DNA from: Desulfobulbus propionicus DSM 2032
GTDB taxonomy: Bacteria; Desulfobacterota; Desulfobulbia; Desulfobulbales; Desulfobulbaceae
Direction: 5' to 3'
DNA length: 32,000 bases
Assembly: GCF_000186885.1 (NCBI RefSeq)
Contig: NC_014972.1
Span: forward strand, 3,450,001-3,482,000
Shown here piece after piece: positions 1 through 9,245 of this stretch. The translations under genes and the position numbers were made by a program. How positions within the stretch are numbered: position 1 is the stretch's first letter; each line of letters opens with the position of its first letter. The notes beneath the pieces were generated by a model. That model saw only the letters and a list, made by a program, of their open reading frames with translations, was not told the origin of the DNA and did not search any database.

Positions 1-1
1 G

Positions 2-745
2 AAAACGTATCGAATTTGTACCGAAACCAGGGTGGCCGGGATGACGGCCACGACAAACGGAATCGAGGTCACGCTCGCGGGCAAGACCGATGCCGCCGAG
101 CTGTTCGACGCCGTGCTGGTGGCCGTGGGCAGGAGACCGAATACAGAAAATTTTGGCCGGGAGGCTCTGGGAATCGACCTCGATGGCCGGGGCTTCATCC
201 CGGTCGACGACCGTCAACGGACCGCCGTGCCCCACGTGTACGCCGTGGGCGATGTGGTCGGCGACCCCATGCTGGCGCACAAGGCCGCCCATCAGGGCAA
301 GGTAGCGGCGGAGGTCATCGCCGGCCACGCCTCGGTGTTCGCCCCACGGGCCATTCCCTCGGTGGCCTATACCTCGCCCGAAATCGCCTGGATGGGCCTG
401 AGCGAAAAGGAGGCCGCCCAACAGGGCCTTGCCGTGGACAAGGGCAAATTCCCCTGGGGGGCCAGCGGTCGGGCGTTGAGCGCTGGGGCGGGCACCGGAG
501 TGAGCAAGATCCTGTGCGACCCGGATAGCGGCCGCCTCCTTGGTGCCGGCATCTGCGGCCAGAACGCCGGCGAGCTGATCCATGAGGCGGTGCTGGCCCT
601 GGAGATGGGCGCCACGGCCGAGGACATCGGCCTGACCGTTCATGCCCACCCGACCCTGGCCGAAACCCTGGCCTTTGCCGCCGAGATGGTCACCGGGTCG
701 ATCACCGATGTGCTGCCACCGAAAAAGCCGGCCAGGACAAGATAA
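2..745 (+). CDS. lpdA: Dihydrolipoyl dehydrogenase, C-terminal part (truncated by window start)
   Basis: Open frame 2 from the window edge. Contains FDAVLVAVGRRPNTENF, the second FAD motif TAVPHVYAVGDVVGDPMLAHKAAHQGKVAAEVI, and the dimerisation domain with VHAHPTLAETL. Confidence 0.95.
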   Translation, partial: KTYRICTETRVAGMTATTNGIEVTLAGKTDAAELFDAVLVAVGRRPNTENFGREALGIDLDGRGFIPVDDRQRTAVPHVYAVGDVVGDPMLAHKAAHQGKVAAEVIAGHASVFAPRAIPSVAYTSPEIAWMGLSEKEAAQQGLAVDKGKFPWGASGRALSAGAGTGVSKILCDPDSGRLLGAGICGQNAGELIHEAVLALEMGATAEDIGLTVHAHPTLAETLAFAAEMVTGSITDVLPPKKPARTR

Positions 746-757
746 CGGAGGCCGCGC

Positions 758-1756
758 ATGCATCTGACCCTTGAGAATCCGTTGGACATGCACCTGCACC
801 TGCGCGAGCGGGAGATGCTCGCCCTGGTCGCCCCCTGTAGCGCCGCCCAGTTCGCCGGCGGCGTGATCATGCCCAACTTGGTGCAACCGGTGGACAGTCT
901 GGAGCGATTGCGCGCCTACCGCGCCGCGATCCTCGACGCCTGCGCCGGCGAACCGTTCACCCCCTACATGACCCTGTTCTTCCGCTCTTACCACCGGGAA
1001 GAATTGCTGGCCGCCAGGGACGAGATCATCGGCCTTAAACTCTACCCGGCCGGGATCACCACCCAGAGCGAGTCCGGGGTGCGGGATTTCGACCGCATCG
1101 GCGACACCGTGGCCCTGCTGGAAGATCTGGACATCCCCCTGCTGGTGCATGGCGAGACGGATGGTTTCGTCATGGAGCGGGAACGGGAATTCTTGCGCGT
1201 GTATCAGTGGCTGGCCGAAACCTTTCCCCGACTGCGGCTGGTGATGGAGCACATCACCACCGCCGAGGCAGTCGAATTGCTCGACCGGTACGACAACGTC
1301 GGCGCCACCGTCACCCTGCACCACCTGCTGATCACCCTGGACGACGTGGTCGGCGGACTGCTGCAACCGGATCTGTTCTGCAAACCGATCGCCAAGACCC
1401 CGCGGGACCGCGAGGCCCTGCGCCAGGCTGTTCTTGCCGGTCACCCCCGGCTGATGTTCGGGTCGGATTCGGCGCCGCATCCCCGCCACAAGAAAGAATG
1501 CTGCGGCTGCGCCGCCGGAGTCTTTTCCGCGCCGGTACTCCTGCCCGCCCTGGCCCAGCTGTTCGAGGAGGCCGATTGCCTGGAGCGGTTGGCCGATTTC
1601 GTCAGCCACCATGCACGGCGATTTTACCGGCTCAGGCCGCCGCACAAACAGGTGCATCTGGTGCGTGCCCCCTGGACGGTGATGGAACAATATGAAACAC
1701 TTCGGCCGTTTCTCGCTGGTCAGACCTTGCGCTGGCGAGTGGAAAAGCGACCGTAA
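758..1756 (+). CDS. pyrC: Dihydroorotase, class II homodimeric type
   Basis: 332 aa starting LTLENPLDMHLHLREREML, with MPNLVQPV, GLKLYPAGITT, LLVHGE, LVMEHITT and FGSDSAPHP metal/substrate motifs. Confidence 0.95.
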   Translation: MHLTLENPLDMHLHLREREMLALVAPCSAAQFAGGVIMPNLVQPVDSLERLRAYRAAILDACAGEPFTPYMTLFFRSYHREELLAARDEIIGLKLYPAGITTQSESGVRDFDRIGDTVALLEDLDIPLLVHGETDGFVMEREREFLRVYQWLAETFPRLRLVMEHITTAEAVELLDRYDNVGATVTLHHLLITLDDVVGGLLQPDLFCKPIAKTPRDREALRQAVLAGHPRLMFGSDSAPHPRHKKECCGCAAGVFSAPVLLPALAQLFEEADCLERLADFVSHHARRFYRLRPPHKQVHLVRAPWTVMEQYETLRPFLAGQTLRWRVEKRP

Positions 1757-1789
1757 ACAGTCGGTAATGATTGAAAGAACGGCATAAAG

Positions 1790-2158
1790 ATGGTATCGAA
1801 CAACCCGCGAAACACTGTTTCAGTCTATTCCACCGAACACGGACGCCTGTGCCCCGAATGCAGCCGCCCGGTCGGCGCCTGCACTTGCGCGACCCGATCC
1901 TCGACCGTTCCCCGGGGCGATGGCATCGTCCGGGTGGGCCGCCAGACCAAGGGCCGCAAGGGAAGCGGCGTCACCACGGTCAGCGGATTACCGCTCGCCC
2001 CTGATCGCTTGCGCGACCTGGCCGGCCAATTGAAAAAAAAATGCGGCGCCGGTGGCGCCGTCAAAGACGGTGTGATCGAAATTCAGGGCGAACACCGCGA
2101 CCTGTTGGTGGCGGAACTCACCCGCCTGGGCTACACCGTCAAACGTGCGGGAGGGTAA
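1790..2158 (+). CDS. yciH: SUI1/eIF1-family translation factor (YciH-like)
   Basis: 122 aa with TKGRKGSGVTTVSGLPL ... LKKKCGAGGAVKDGVIEIQGEHRD, the hallmark SUI1 domain. Has an N-terminal CPEC...CTC knuckle. Confidence 0.9.
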   Translation: MVSNNPRNTVSVYSTEHGRLCPECSRPVGACTCATRSSTVPRGDGIVRVGRQTKGRKGSGVTTVSGLPLAPDRLRDLAGQLKKKCGAGGAVKDGVIEIQGEHRDLLVAELTRLGYTVKRAGG

Positions 2159-2300
2159 TGCCCCGCGCGTCCTGTCTTGAAAACCGCCGCCCGATCGGGC
2201 TGTTCCCCTCGGAAAGCGGCATATCCATGTCCACGGACAGCTCTGGCCACGGCAACGCCGGACGGTCCGTCACAGTTTTTTCAACCCAGGAGATTCCACG

Positions 2301-3926
2301 ATGCCCCAATCCTATCCGCAAGCCTTTGCCCGCAACTTCCTCGGCAATGCGCCCCTCTGGTACAAACTGACCATCCTGTTGTTTCTGGTGGCCAATCCCT
2401 TCCTGCTCAAGTTCTATGGACCGTTCATTGCCGGTTGGGTACTGATCGGCGAATTCATCTTCACCCTGGCCATGGCCCTGAAATGCTACCCCCTGCCAGC
2501 GGGCGGCCTGCTGGCAGCAGAGGCGGTGTTCATCGGCATGACCAAACCGGAAACCGTCTACCACGAGGCGCTCAATAACTTCGAGGTCATCCTGCTGTTG
2601 ATCTTCATGGTGGCAGGCATCTATTTCATGAAGGATTTCCTCCGCTTCACCTTCACCCGCATCCTGGTCAAGGTACAGTCGAAGTACAAAATTTCCCTGC
2701 TGTTCTGTTTTGCCGGCGCCTTTCTTTCCGCCTTCCTCGACGCCCTCACCGTCACCGCGGTCATCATCGCCGTGGCCTACGGCTTCTACGACATCTATCA
2801 CCGCTATGTGTCCGGCAAGGACGGCAGTGCCGGCGTCCATGACCTGACCAGCGACCTGGCTCTCAAGGAAACCGAACAGCAGGAACTCAAGCAGTTCCGG
2901 GGTTTTCTCCGCAACCTGATGATGCACGGCGCGGTGGGCACGGCGCTCGGCGGGGTCTGCACCCTGGTGGGCGAACCGCAGAACCTGCTGATCGGCAGCG
3001 AGATGGGCTGGCACTTCATGGATTTCTTCATCAAGGTCGCCCCGGTGTCCCTGCCGGTCCTGCTGGTGGGTTTGGCCACCTGCTACTATGTGGAAAAGAA
3101 AAAGTGGTTCACCTACGGTTTTGAACTGCCCGGCAACATCCGCTCTCATCTGCTGGAAACCGAAACCAAGATGGAGGCCAAACGCGGCTTCAAGGGCAAG
3201 CTGCAGCTGGCCTTCCAGGCCCTGGCCGGCATCTGGCTGATTATCGCCCTGGCCTTCCACCTGGCCGCCGTCGGCCTCATCGGCCTGTCGGTCATCGTCT
3301 TTCTCACCGCGCTCAACGGCATCACCGAGGAACATCAGATCGGCCGCGCCTTCGAGGAGGCGCTGCCCTTCACCGCCCTGCTGGTGGTGTTCTTCGCCAT
3401 TGTTGCTGTCATCCATGACCAGCACCTGTTCGCGCCGGTGATCAACTACGTGCTCAGCCTCCAGGGGCATTCCCAGCTGGCCGCCTACTACATCGCCAAC
3501 GGCCTGCTCTCGGCCATCTCCGACAACGTGTTCGTGGCCACGGTCTACATCTCGGAAACCAAGATGCACTTTGTCAACATGCTGGGCGCTCTTCCGGATA
3601 TCGGCATGACCGGCGAACAGCTGATGGATAAGCTCACCGACCCGAACATCGCCCGCCAGGAAGTGCTGGCCGGTCTGCCCCAGGCGGCGGCCGAGCAGGC
3701 AGACGCCCTGATGCACCAGTTGGACAAGCTGGCGGTGGCCATCAACACCGGCACCAACATCCCCAGCGTCGCCACCCCCAACGGTCAGGCCGCCTTCCTC
3801 TTCCTCCTGACCTCGGCCCTGGCCCCGGTCATCCGCTTGTCCTACGGCCGCATGGTGCTGCTCGCCCTGCCCTACACCATCACCATGTCTCTCGCCGGCC
3901 TGCTGGCCACCTACCTGTTCCTGTAA
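2301..3926 (+). CDS. nhaB: Na+/H+ antiporter NhaB
   Basis: 541 aa polytopic membrane protein starting [36 protein letters not shown], with [16 protein letters not shown]. Strong family resemblance to NhaB. Confidence 0.93.
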   Translation: MPQSYPQAFARNFLGNAPLWYKLTILLFLVANPFLLKFYGPFIAGWVLIGEFIFTLAMALKCYPLPAGGLLAAEAVFIGMTKPETVYHEALNNFEVILLLIFMVAGIYFMKDFLRFTFTRILVKVQSKYKISLLFCFAGAFLSAFLDALTVTAVIIAVAYGFYDIYHRYVSGKDGSAGVHDLTSDLALKETEQQELKQFRGFLRNLMMHGAVGTALGGVCTLVGEPQNLLIGSEMGWHFMDFFIKVAPVSLPVLLVGLATCYYVEKKKWFTYGFELPGNIRSHLLETETKMEAKRGFKGKLQLAFQALAGIWLIIALAFHLAAVGLIGLSVIVFLTALNGITEEHQIGRAFEEALPFTALLVVFFAIVAVIHDQHLFAPVINYVLSLQGHSQLAAYYIANGLLSAISDNVFVATVYISETKMHFVNMLGALPDIGMTGEQLMDKLTDPNIARQEVLAGLPQAAAEQADALMHQLDKLAVAINTGTNIPSVATPNGQAAFLFLLTSALAPVIRLSYGRMVLLALPYTITMSLAGLLATYLFL

Positions 3927-3942
3927 CAGCGGCACACACGGA

Positions 3943-3981
3943 CACACAAGCCCTTGCCCACGCGGGCCAAGGGCTTGTGTG
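3943..3981. repeat. Perfect 14-bp inverted repeat downstream of nhaB, possible terminator or processing hairpin
   Basis: CACACAAGCCCTTG (3943-3956) ... CAAGGGCTTGTGTG (3968-3981), with 11 nt between. No T-tract follows. Confidence 0.6.
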
Positions 3982-4416
3982 GGCCCATCGAAAAATCGTC
4001 CCGTTGCACAGTCCGCCGCGCCAGGAAGTCGACCCGCGACGGGCCAACAGGCGGCCAACTTCCCCGTTTCTTGGCCATCGCCAGTCGATCGAAACGGCGG
4101 GCTCCATTCCATTCTGGCAACAGACGCGACCGCCCTGCCCCGAAAACCGGAGGACGCCAGGGGCACTTGACTTCCCCCTGACCGGGGAGAGGTCGCACGA
4201 TCTTGCTTGCCAGACAATGGCCTCCTGGGAATGGCCGATGAGCCCAACCTGGAGGATGCTGGGCGCCAGCGGATGAACCCTCCCGTTGGCCAACAAATTG
4301 AACGGTTCTTTTTTCATGCCTTGATTTTCTTTCAATCCTTATGCGATAATGGGCCACAGTAAGGCTCCCACCCATCCGCCAGATACGCGGTCATTCCTTT
4401 TAACAAGGCGAAAACA

Positions 4417-5166
4417 ATGCGTTGCCCAAAATGCGGTTACATCTCCTTTGACCATCTGGAATCGTGCAAGAAATGCAAAAAATTTTTTGGCCCCTTGGCC
4501 ACGGAACTGAACGGCACCATCCATGATGCTATCGCGCCTTCTTTTTTGAACTTTTCCACCGGTCCGTCTTCCCCTTCGTCTCCGCCGGTGGTGCAATCCC
4601 TTGAGATCGCCGGGGATGGGCAGGAAAAGGAACCGCAACAGCCGCTGCGAGAAGGGATAGATACCGAGTTTATTCTTGGGGATGAACCGATCGTCCCGCA
4701 ACAGCAAGACATCTTCCTCACCGACACCAGGCAGGAACTAACGGTGGACTTGGATGATTTCGAGGAGGTGTCCCCGGTCGCCGAATATACACTCGATCTG
4801 GACAAGGAATCCAAAGACATCGAGGATGCATTGCCGACCTTGGATTTTGGCGATCTCGACATTTCCGACTTGGCTCCTCCAGCCAAACGTCCTGCTGAGG
4901 CTGCACCCGACGAGGAAGCGTTGGTTCTCACCACCGAAACCGTGGCAGCCTCTTCCGCGCCTCCCGTTTCGCCCCAAGACGACTTGCCCCGAAAATCATC
5001 AGGGCTCGAAGACCTGCATTTCAATGGGCTTGACCTGGAAGCGCCGGCCAAGATCGTAAGCGGCAGCGCGGCCGGAAAACGCTATCTGCCGTCAGTGAAG
5101 ACCGGAACCGCTCTTGATAATTTTGACATCGATCTGGGCGATCTTTTCGGGGAAAAGAAAAAATAA
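4417..5166 (+). CDS. Zinc-ribbon protein with long acidic low-complexity tail, function unknown
   Basis: 249 aa. N-terminus MRCPKCGYISFDHLESCKKCKKFFG has two CxxC knuckles, followed by an acidic Pro/Ser-rich region. Confidence 0.75.
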   Translation: MRCPKCGYISFDHLESCKKCKKFFGPLATELNGTIHDAIAPSFLNFSTGPSSPSSPPVVQSLEIAGDGQEKEPQQPLREGIDTEFILGDEPIVPQQQDIFLTDTRQELTVDLDDFEEVSPVAEYTLDLDKESKDIEDALPTLDFGDLDISDLAPPAKRPAEAAPDEEALVLTTETVAASSAPPVSPQDDLPRKSSGLEDLHFNGLDLEAPAKIVSGSAAGKRYLPSVKTGTALDNFDIDLGDLFGEKKK

Positions 5167-5173
5167 AAAAAGA

Positions 5174-5202
5174 TTGACAACAGCCCTGTTTTTTTATTAA
5201 AA
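5174..5202 (+). promoter_or_regulatory. Candidate sigma70-type promoter for tRNA-Phe
   Basis: Exact TTGACA at 5174-5179, then a 17-nt spacer and TTAAAA (weak -10, 3/6) at 5197-5202. An alternative -10 is TATTAA at 5195. Lies just upstream of the tRNA. Confidence 0.45.
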
Positions 5203-5224
5203 GACTGATTCTGTAAGTGCGTGC

Positions 5225-5300
<76 letters not shown>

Positions 5301-5307
5301 AAAATTC

Positions 5308-5345
5308 AAGAGGTTAGGCTCACACAGCCTAACCTCTTTTTTTTT
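5308..5345 (+). terminator. Rho-independent terminator of tRNA-Phe
   Basis: AAGAGGTTAGGCT-CACAC... pairs with AGCCTAACCTCTT as a near-perfect long stem, immediately followed by a run of T. Confidence 0.93.
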
Positions 5346-5614
5346 CGGGTTATACCAGCGCAGGTTTGAACCGAAAAATATGCCCGTGGGGCATAAAAGC
5401 TCCACCCGCCGATCCACCTATTGGACGCCGTTACAGCTAACGGTGGTTTGATTGCCGCTTATCCCTTTCCCCGCTTCCGTTCTTCTTGTTCAGCCTGCTC
5501 TTTGCACCTGTCTTTTTCCCCCGATTCCGGATCCCCCGTTGTTCGCCACTCGAACCATCCTCCCCCCGTGCCGCTTGAACATCTCCGAAGGGAAAAAATT
5601 GCCCAAGGCGGCCA

Positions 5615-8600
5615 TCAGTCCAAGGGAAGCGGCTGCTTCTCGCCATTGAGCATCACGCGAGCAAGCGTTTCCTTTAATTTCGCAAACCGGTACGGTTTTT
5701 CGAGGAACGCCTGCGGCATGTCGTCGTGGTCCCCTTCCATGACCTGCGACTCGCTGTAGCCGCTGGCCAGGATGACCGGCAGCTCGGGAGACCGGCGCCG
5801 CAGGGCGGCCAGGGTTTCCCAGCCGTTCATCCGCGGCATGATCACATCACACAGGACAACGGTGATCTGGCCCGCATGACGCTCGAACATGTCCACCGCC
5901 TGCTCCCCATTTTCCGCCTCCAGCACGGTGTAGCCAAACGACTGGAGCATGCGGGCGACCAGCCTGCGCGATACCGGTTCGTCATCGACGATGAGAATCG
6001 TTCCGCTGCCCACCGCCTCCGGAAGCGGAAGTTCCGGCAGGGGCGCTGTCGGGGTCGCCGCCGTATCCACGGGCAGGAACACGCGAAACGTGCTGCCCTG
6101 GGCGGGACCACTCTCCACGGCCACCACCCCTTTGTGCGCGCGGGCAATACCGAGCACGACCGCCAATCCCATACCCCGGCCGGTGAACTTGCTGGTAAAA
6201 AATGGATCAAAAAGGCGGTCGATATCCGCTTCCACAATGCCCGAACCGGTGTCTGTTACCTCAATGCAGGCGTATGGCTGAGCCGGCGGCTGACAATCGA
6301 TGGGGTAGCGATGCCTGGCCGGTATCGCGGCTTCGGTCACCGTTTTAATGGTCAGTGTCACCACCCCGCGGTCGTTGGCGCAGGCTTCCCACGCGTTGGT
6401 GATCAGATTGACGAGAAGCTGTTGGATCTGATTTTCCACGGCCTTGATCATTGGCCCCGATTGCGGCGCGTTCAGACGGAATTCCATGCTGCTGGGCATG
6501 CCAGCCAGCAGCATGGGCTGAGAGTTTCGGCATGTCCTGGCCAGGTCCAGCTGTTCATAGGTGCCGGGGGTCTGGCCAAGATAGGTCAGCAGCAGCTTGC
6601 TGACCGCCGAGGCCTTGCCCGCGGCGCGAAGGGCTGTATGCACGTAGGTCCTGATTTCCTCGTACCGCGCCGGGTCGTCCAGCCCGCCGAGGGTCATTTC
6701 CAGGCTCATCATCACCGCTTGCAACTGATTGTTGAAATGATGCGCGATCGCACCGGCCATCCGGCCCAGGCTTTCCGATTTCTGCAGCTGCCGGTTTTGC
6801 GCTTCCAGCCGTTCCCGTTCCGCCTCGGCCCGTTGGCGTTCGGTGACGTCATAAATGATGGCGAAGTTGATCAGCTGGTCTTGAAAGCAGATCGGCGCGG
6901 CATGGACATCGACGGTCCGAACGATGCCGTCTGCCAGACGATGATTGACGGTGAAGTTAGACAGAGTCCGATCCTGGATCTGCTGGCGCACGGCGGCCGT
7001 CTCTTCGCGCGACTGGCAGTTGATCTGGTCGATGGTCATCGTTCGCAGGGTGTCCCGCGCATAGCCGTAAAACGCGGCGGCGGCCTTGTTGGCGTCCAAA
7101 ATGCGGCCGCTGTCCGGATCAATGAGGAGCATGATGGCGCTGTGCTGCTCGAACATCAACCGGAAGCGGGCCTCACTGGTCTGCAACGCCTGCTCCATCT
7201 TTTTTCGGCCGGTGATGTCAAACAGGGATAGAACCAGGCCGATGACCTCGCCACGCTCATTCTTGACCGGCGAGAGTGCCCAGTCCCACCAGGTCAGGCC
7301 CCGTTCGGGCTGATCCGGATACTCGAAGGGCTTATCCCGCGCCTCGAAGGCTTCACCGGTTTCTCGGACCTGTTTGAAAATGGCCTCGTTCTCGGCATCC
7401 GGATAGAGGTCGAAATGGTTCTTACCGATCATTTCTTGCGGAGGATATCCGCAGGACGCGGCAAACGCCACGTTGACGCGGACAAACTTGAAATCGCGAT
7501 CGAGATACGCCAGGTGCGAATTCCTTGTCCCGTCCATGACCGACTGCAACAGGTTGCGTTCCCGAAGCAGCGCCTCCTCGGCACGCCGCCGTTCCGTGAT
7601 ATCCTGGGCAAGCGAGGCCGCGCCGATGAAATTGCCCCGACCGTCCACCAGCGGCGTGTTGCTCCACTCGCACTCGATGATCCTGCCATCCTTGGTGAGG
7701 TTTTGGTTGGTGCTCCGTTGACCGCCGCTCTCGGACCGTACTTTTTGGAACACGGTTTTTACCTGCTCCCGGGCGCTGTCGGGAATGATGAAGGAAGCAT
7801 CGCGGCCGAACGCCTCCTCGGCGGTGTAGCCGAAAATTTCCTCGGCCGAATGGTTCCAGGCGGTCACCCTGAAGGATTCATCCCATTCGATCACCGCAAG
7901 CGGCGTCTGCTGCACATGCAGGGCGAGTTTCTGCTGCGCCGCCACCCGCCGCGCCATCTGCTCGGCGATAACCTGGGCTTGCCGGCGGGCCCGCCCTTGC
8001 ATGAACACCAGGGTACTCAGCAAACAGCTCAGGAGGACGCCGCCAAACAGCATGAACAACGACTTTTCATGACTGAACTCGGCGTCGAATGAGGGCCGGG
8101 ACGTGAAAAGGAAATGCCAGCTGGCCCCATAGGCCTCGATTGTCCGGGCGACGGAAAACCTTGGTGCGTAATCTGCGGGGGTCATGCGCTCCCTGGTCTG
8201 CCTGCTGCTGAACAACAGACGCTCCGGTTGGGCGCTCTGACCGGAATAGAGGTCGAAATCCACCTCGGCCGGCATGTTGACGAGCGCGGCCCGGACGAAA
8301 TCGTGCATGCGGATCGGGCTGTAGACGAACCCGCGCAACGCGGCCTGGCGTTGCGCGACCGTCTCGGTCGGCATGCCCCGTCGGTACGAGGGCAGGTACA
8401 TCAGTATGCCACCTTGGGAATTCGCCTCGCCGGCTTCCTGGACCAGGACAATCTTGCCGCTGATACTGGTCTTGCCCGTGTTGCGCGCCCGCTCCATGGC
8501 TGCCCGCCGGACCGGCTCGGAATACATGTCGTAACCAAAGGCGCGCCGGTTCAATTCGTTGAAGGGCTCCAGCCAGACAATGGCGGTGTAGACCGGCCGT

Positions 8601-9106
8601 TCGCCTTCCGGCGTGATGGTATATCCGGGAAATCCCTCGGCCTGGATGGCCTGGATGTGCGTCGTTCTCTGTTCGGGGGCAATCCAGGCGGCGTAGCCAA
8701 AGCCGAGAATGCCGGGATTATGGATATCCGGCTGAAGTGACGAGGCGTACAGGTGCCATTGTTCCCGGGTCAAGGCCTCGCCGTGAACGCTGAACAGGGC
8801 ATTGCCGCCAAGGAGCACATTTTCATTGTCTTTCAGGCGGCTGAGGAGCCGGCCGGTGATTTCTTCGATCTGGCCGCCGAAGCTGAATTCCGCGCGGTCT
8901 CGTGCCCCCTGCTCCACGAGGTGCCAGAGGAGCATTGTGGCGACGAGCGAAACGATCAGCACCACAAGGGGGACCACCAGCACGGATATCGCGGCAAAGG
9001 GAGCGCTTTTTTTGGCGGGGGCTACAGGATCTTGCATGAACAAGGTCTCCATGACGAGAAGTTCATTCGACCAGCGCTCGCCCGCTGCAGAATGAAAGGG
9101 AGTCAT
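5615..9106 (-). CDS. CHASE-domain hybrid sensor histidine kinase (TM, CHASE, PAS repeats, HisKA-like, HATPase, REC)
   Basis: 1163 aa. N-terminal TM segment, then CHASE-like FGYAAWIAPEQRTTHIQAIQAEGFPGYTI...RRAFGYDMYSEPVRRAAMERARNTGKTSISG, then several PAS domains. Contains LGRMAGAIAHHFNNQLQAVMM, an HATPase with VTDTGSGI and GMGLAVVLGI, and a C-terminal REC domain (LIVDDEP...VVLCDVIMPRMNG...LEKPY). Confidence 0.92.
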   Translation of the reverse strand: MTPFHSAAGERWSNELLVMETLFMQDPVAPAKKSAPFAAISVLVVPLVVLIVSLVATMLLWHLVEQGARDRAEFSFGGQIEEITGRLLSRLKDNENVLLGGNALFSVHGEALTREQWHLYASSLQPDIHNPGILGFGYAAWIAPEQRTTHIQAIQAEGFPGYTITPEGERPVYTAIVWLEPFNELNRRAFGYDMYSEPVRRAAMERARNTGKTSISGKIVLVQEAGEANSQGGILMYLPSYRRGMPTETVAQRQAALRGFVYSPIRMHDFVRAALVNMPAEVDFDLYSGQSAQPERLLFSSRQTRERMTPADYAPRFSVARTIEAYGASWHFLFTSRPSFDAEFSHEKSLFMLFGGVLLSCLLSTLVFMQGRARRQAQVIAEQMARRVAAQQKLALHVQQTPLAVIEWDESFRVTAWNHSAEEIFGYTAEEAFGRDASFIIPDSAREQVKTVFQKVRSESGGQRSTNQNLTKDGRIIECEWSNTPLVDGRGNFIGAASLAQDITERRRAEEALLRERNLLQSVMDGTRNSHLAYLDRDFKFVRVNVAFAASCGYPPQEMIGKNHFDLYPDAENEAIFKQVRETGEAFEARDKPFEYPDQPERGLTWWDWALSPVKNERGEVIGLVLSLFDITGRKKMEQALQTSEARFRLMFEQHSAIMLLIDPDSGRILDANKAAAAFYGYARDTLRTMTIDQINCQSREETAAVRQQIQDRTLSNFTVNHRLADGIVRTVDVHAAPICFQDQLINFAIIYDVTERQRAEAERERLEAQNRQLQKSESLGRMAGAIAHHFNNQLQAVMMSLEMTLGGLDDPARYEEIRTYVHTALRAAGKASAVSKLLLTYLGQTPGTYEQLDLARTCRNSQPMLLAGMPSSMEFRLNAPQSGPMIKAVENQIQQLLVNLITNAWEACANDRGVVTLTIKTVTEAAIPARHRYPIDCQPPAQPYACIEVTDTGSGIVEADIDRLFDPFFTSKFTGRGMGLAVVLGIARAHKGVVAVESGPAQGSTFRVFLPVDTAATPTAPLPELPLPEAVGSGTILIVDDEPVSRRLVARMLQSFGYTVLEAENGEQAVDMFERHAGQITVVLCDVIMPRMNGWETLAALRRRSPELPVILASGYSESQVMEGDHDDMPQAFLEKPYRFAKLKETLARVMLNGEKQPLPLD

Positions 9107-9245
9107 GACATGAGAGGGGCGGCAGGGGATGGGACATGGGCTTGGCGCCGGTCAGGAACACGCTCGCGGCAGCCCTGCACCGCGCGCTGGACTCGGGGAC
9201 CGTCTCCCCGGCGGCGAACAGGCCCCCCTTTTGCCGCCACAGCGC

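Noticed and set aside
2139-4247. 702-aa minus-strand ORF opposite nhaB
   Set aside because: Antisense shadow of a strongly supported nhaB. Its protein is His/Asp/Gln/Gly-rich with no family motifs, typical of GC-rich antisense frames.
3880-4335. Overlapping ~150-aa minus-strand ORFs in the nhaB downstream gap (3880-4335, 3911-4375)
   Set aside because: They run over the nhaB 3' end or the hairpin, share no recognisable motif and are mutually inconsistent. I could not support either as a gene.
5726-7231. 501-aa plus-strand ORF opposite the CHASE hybrid kinase
   Set aside because: Antisense to well-supported PAS/HisKA/REC coding sequence, with biased composition and no motifs.
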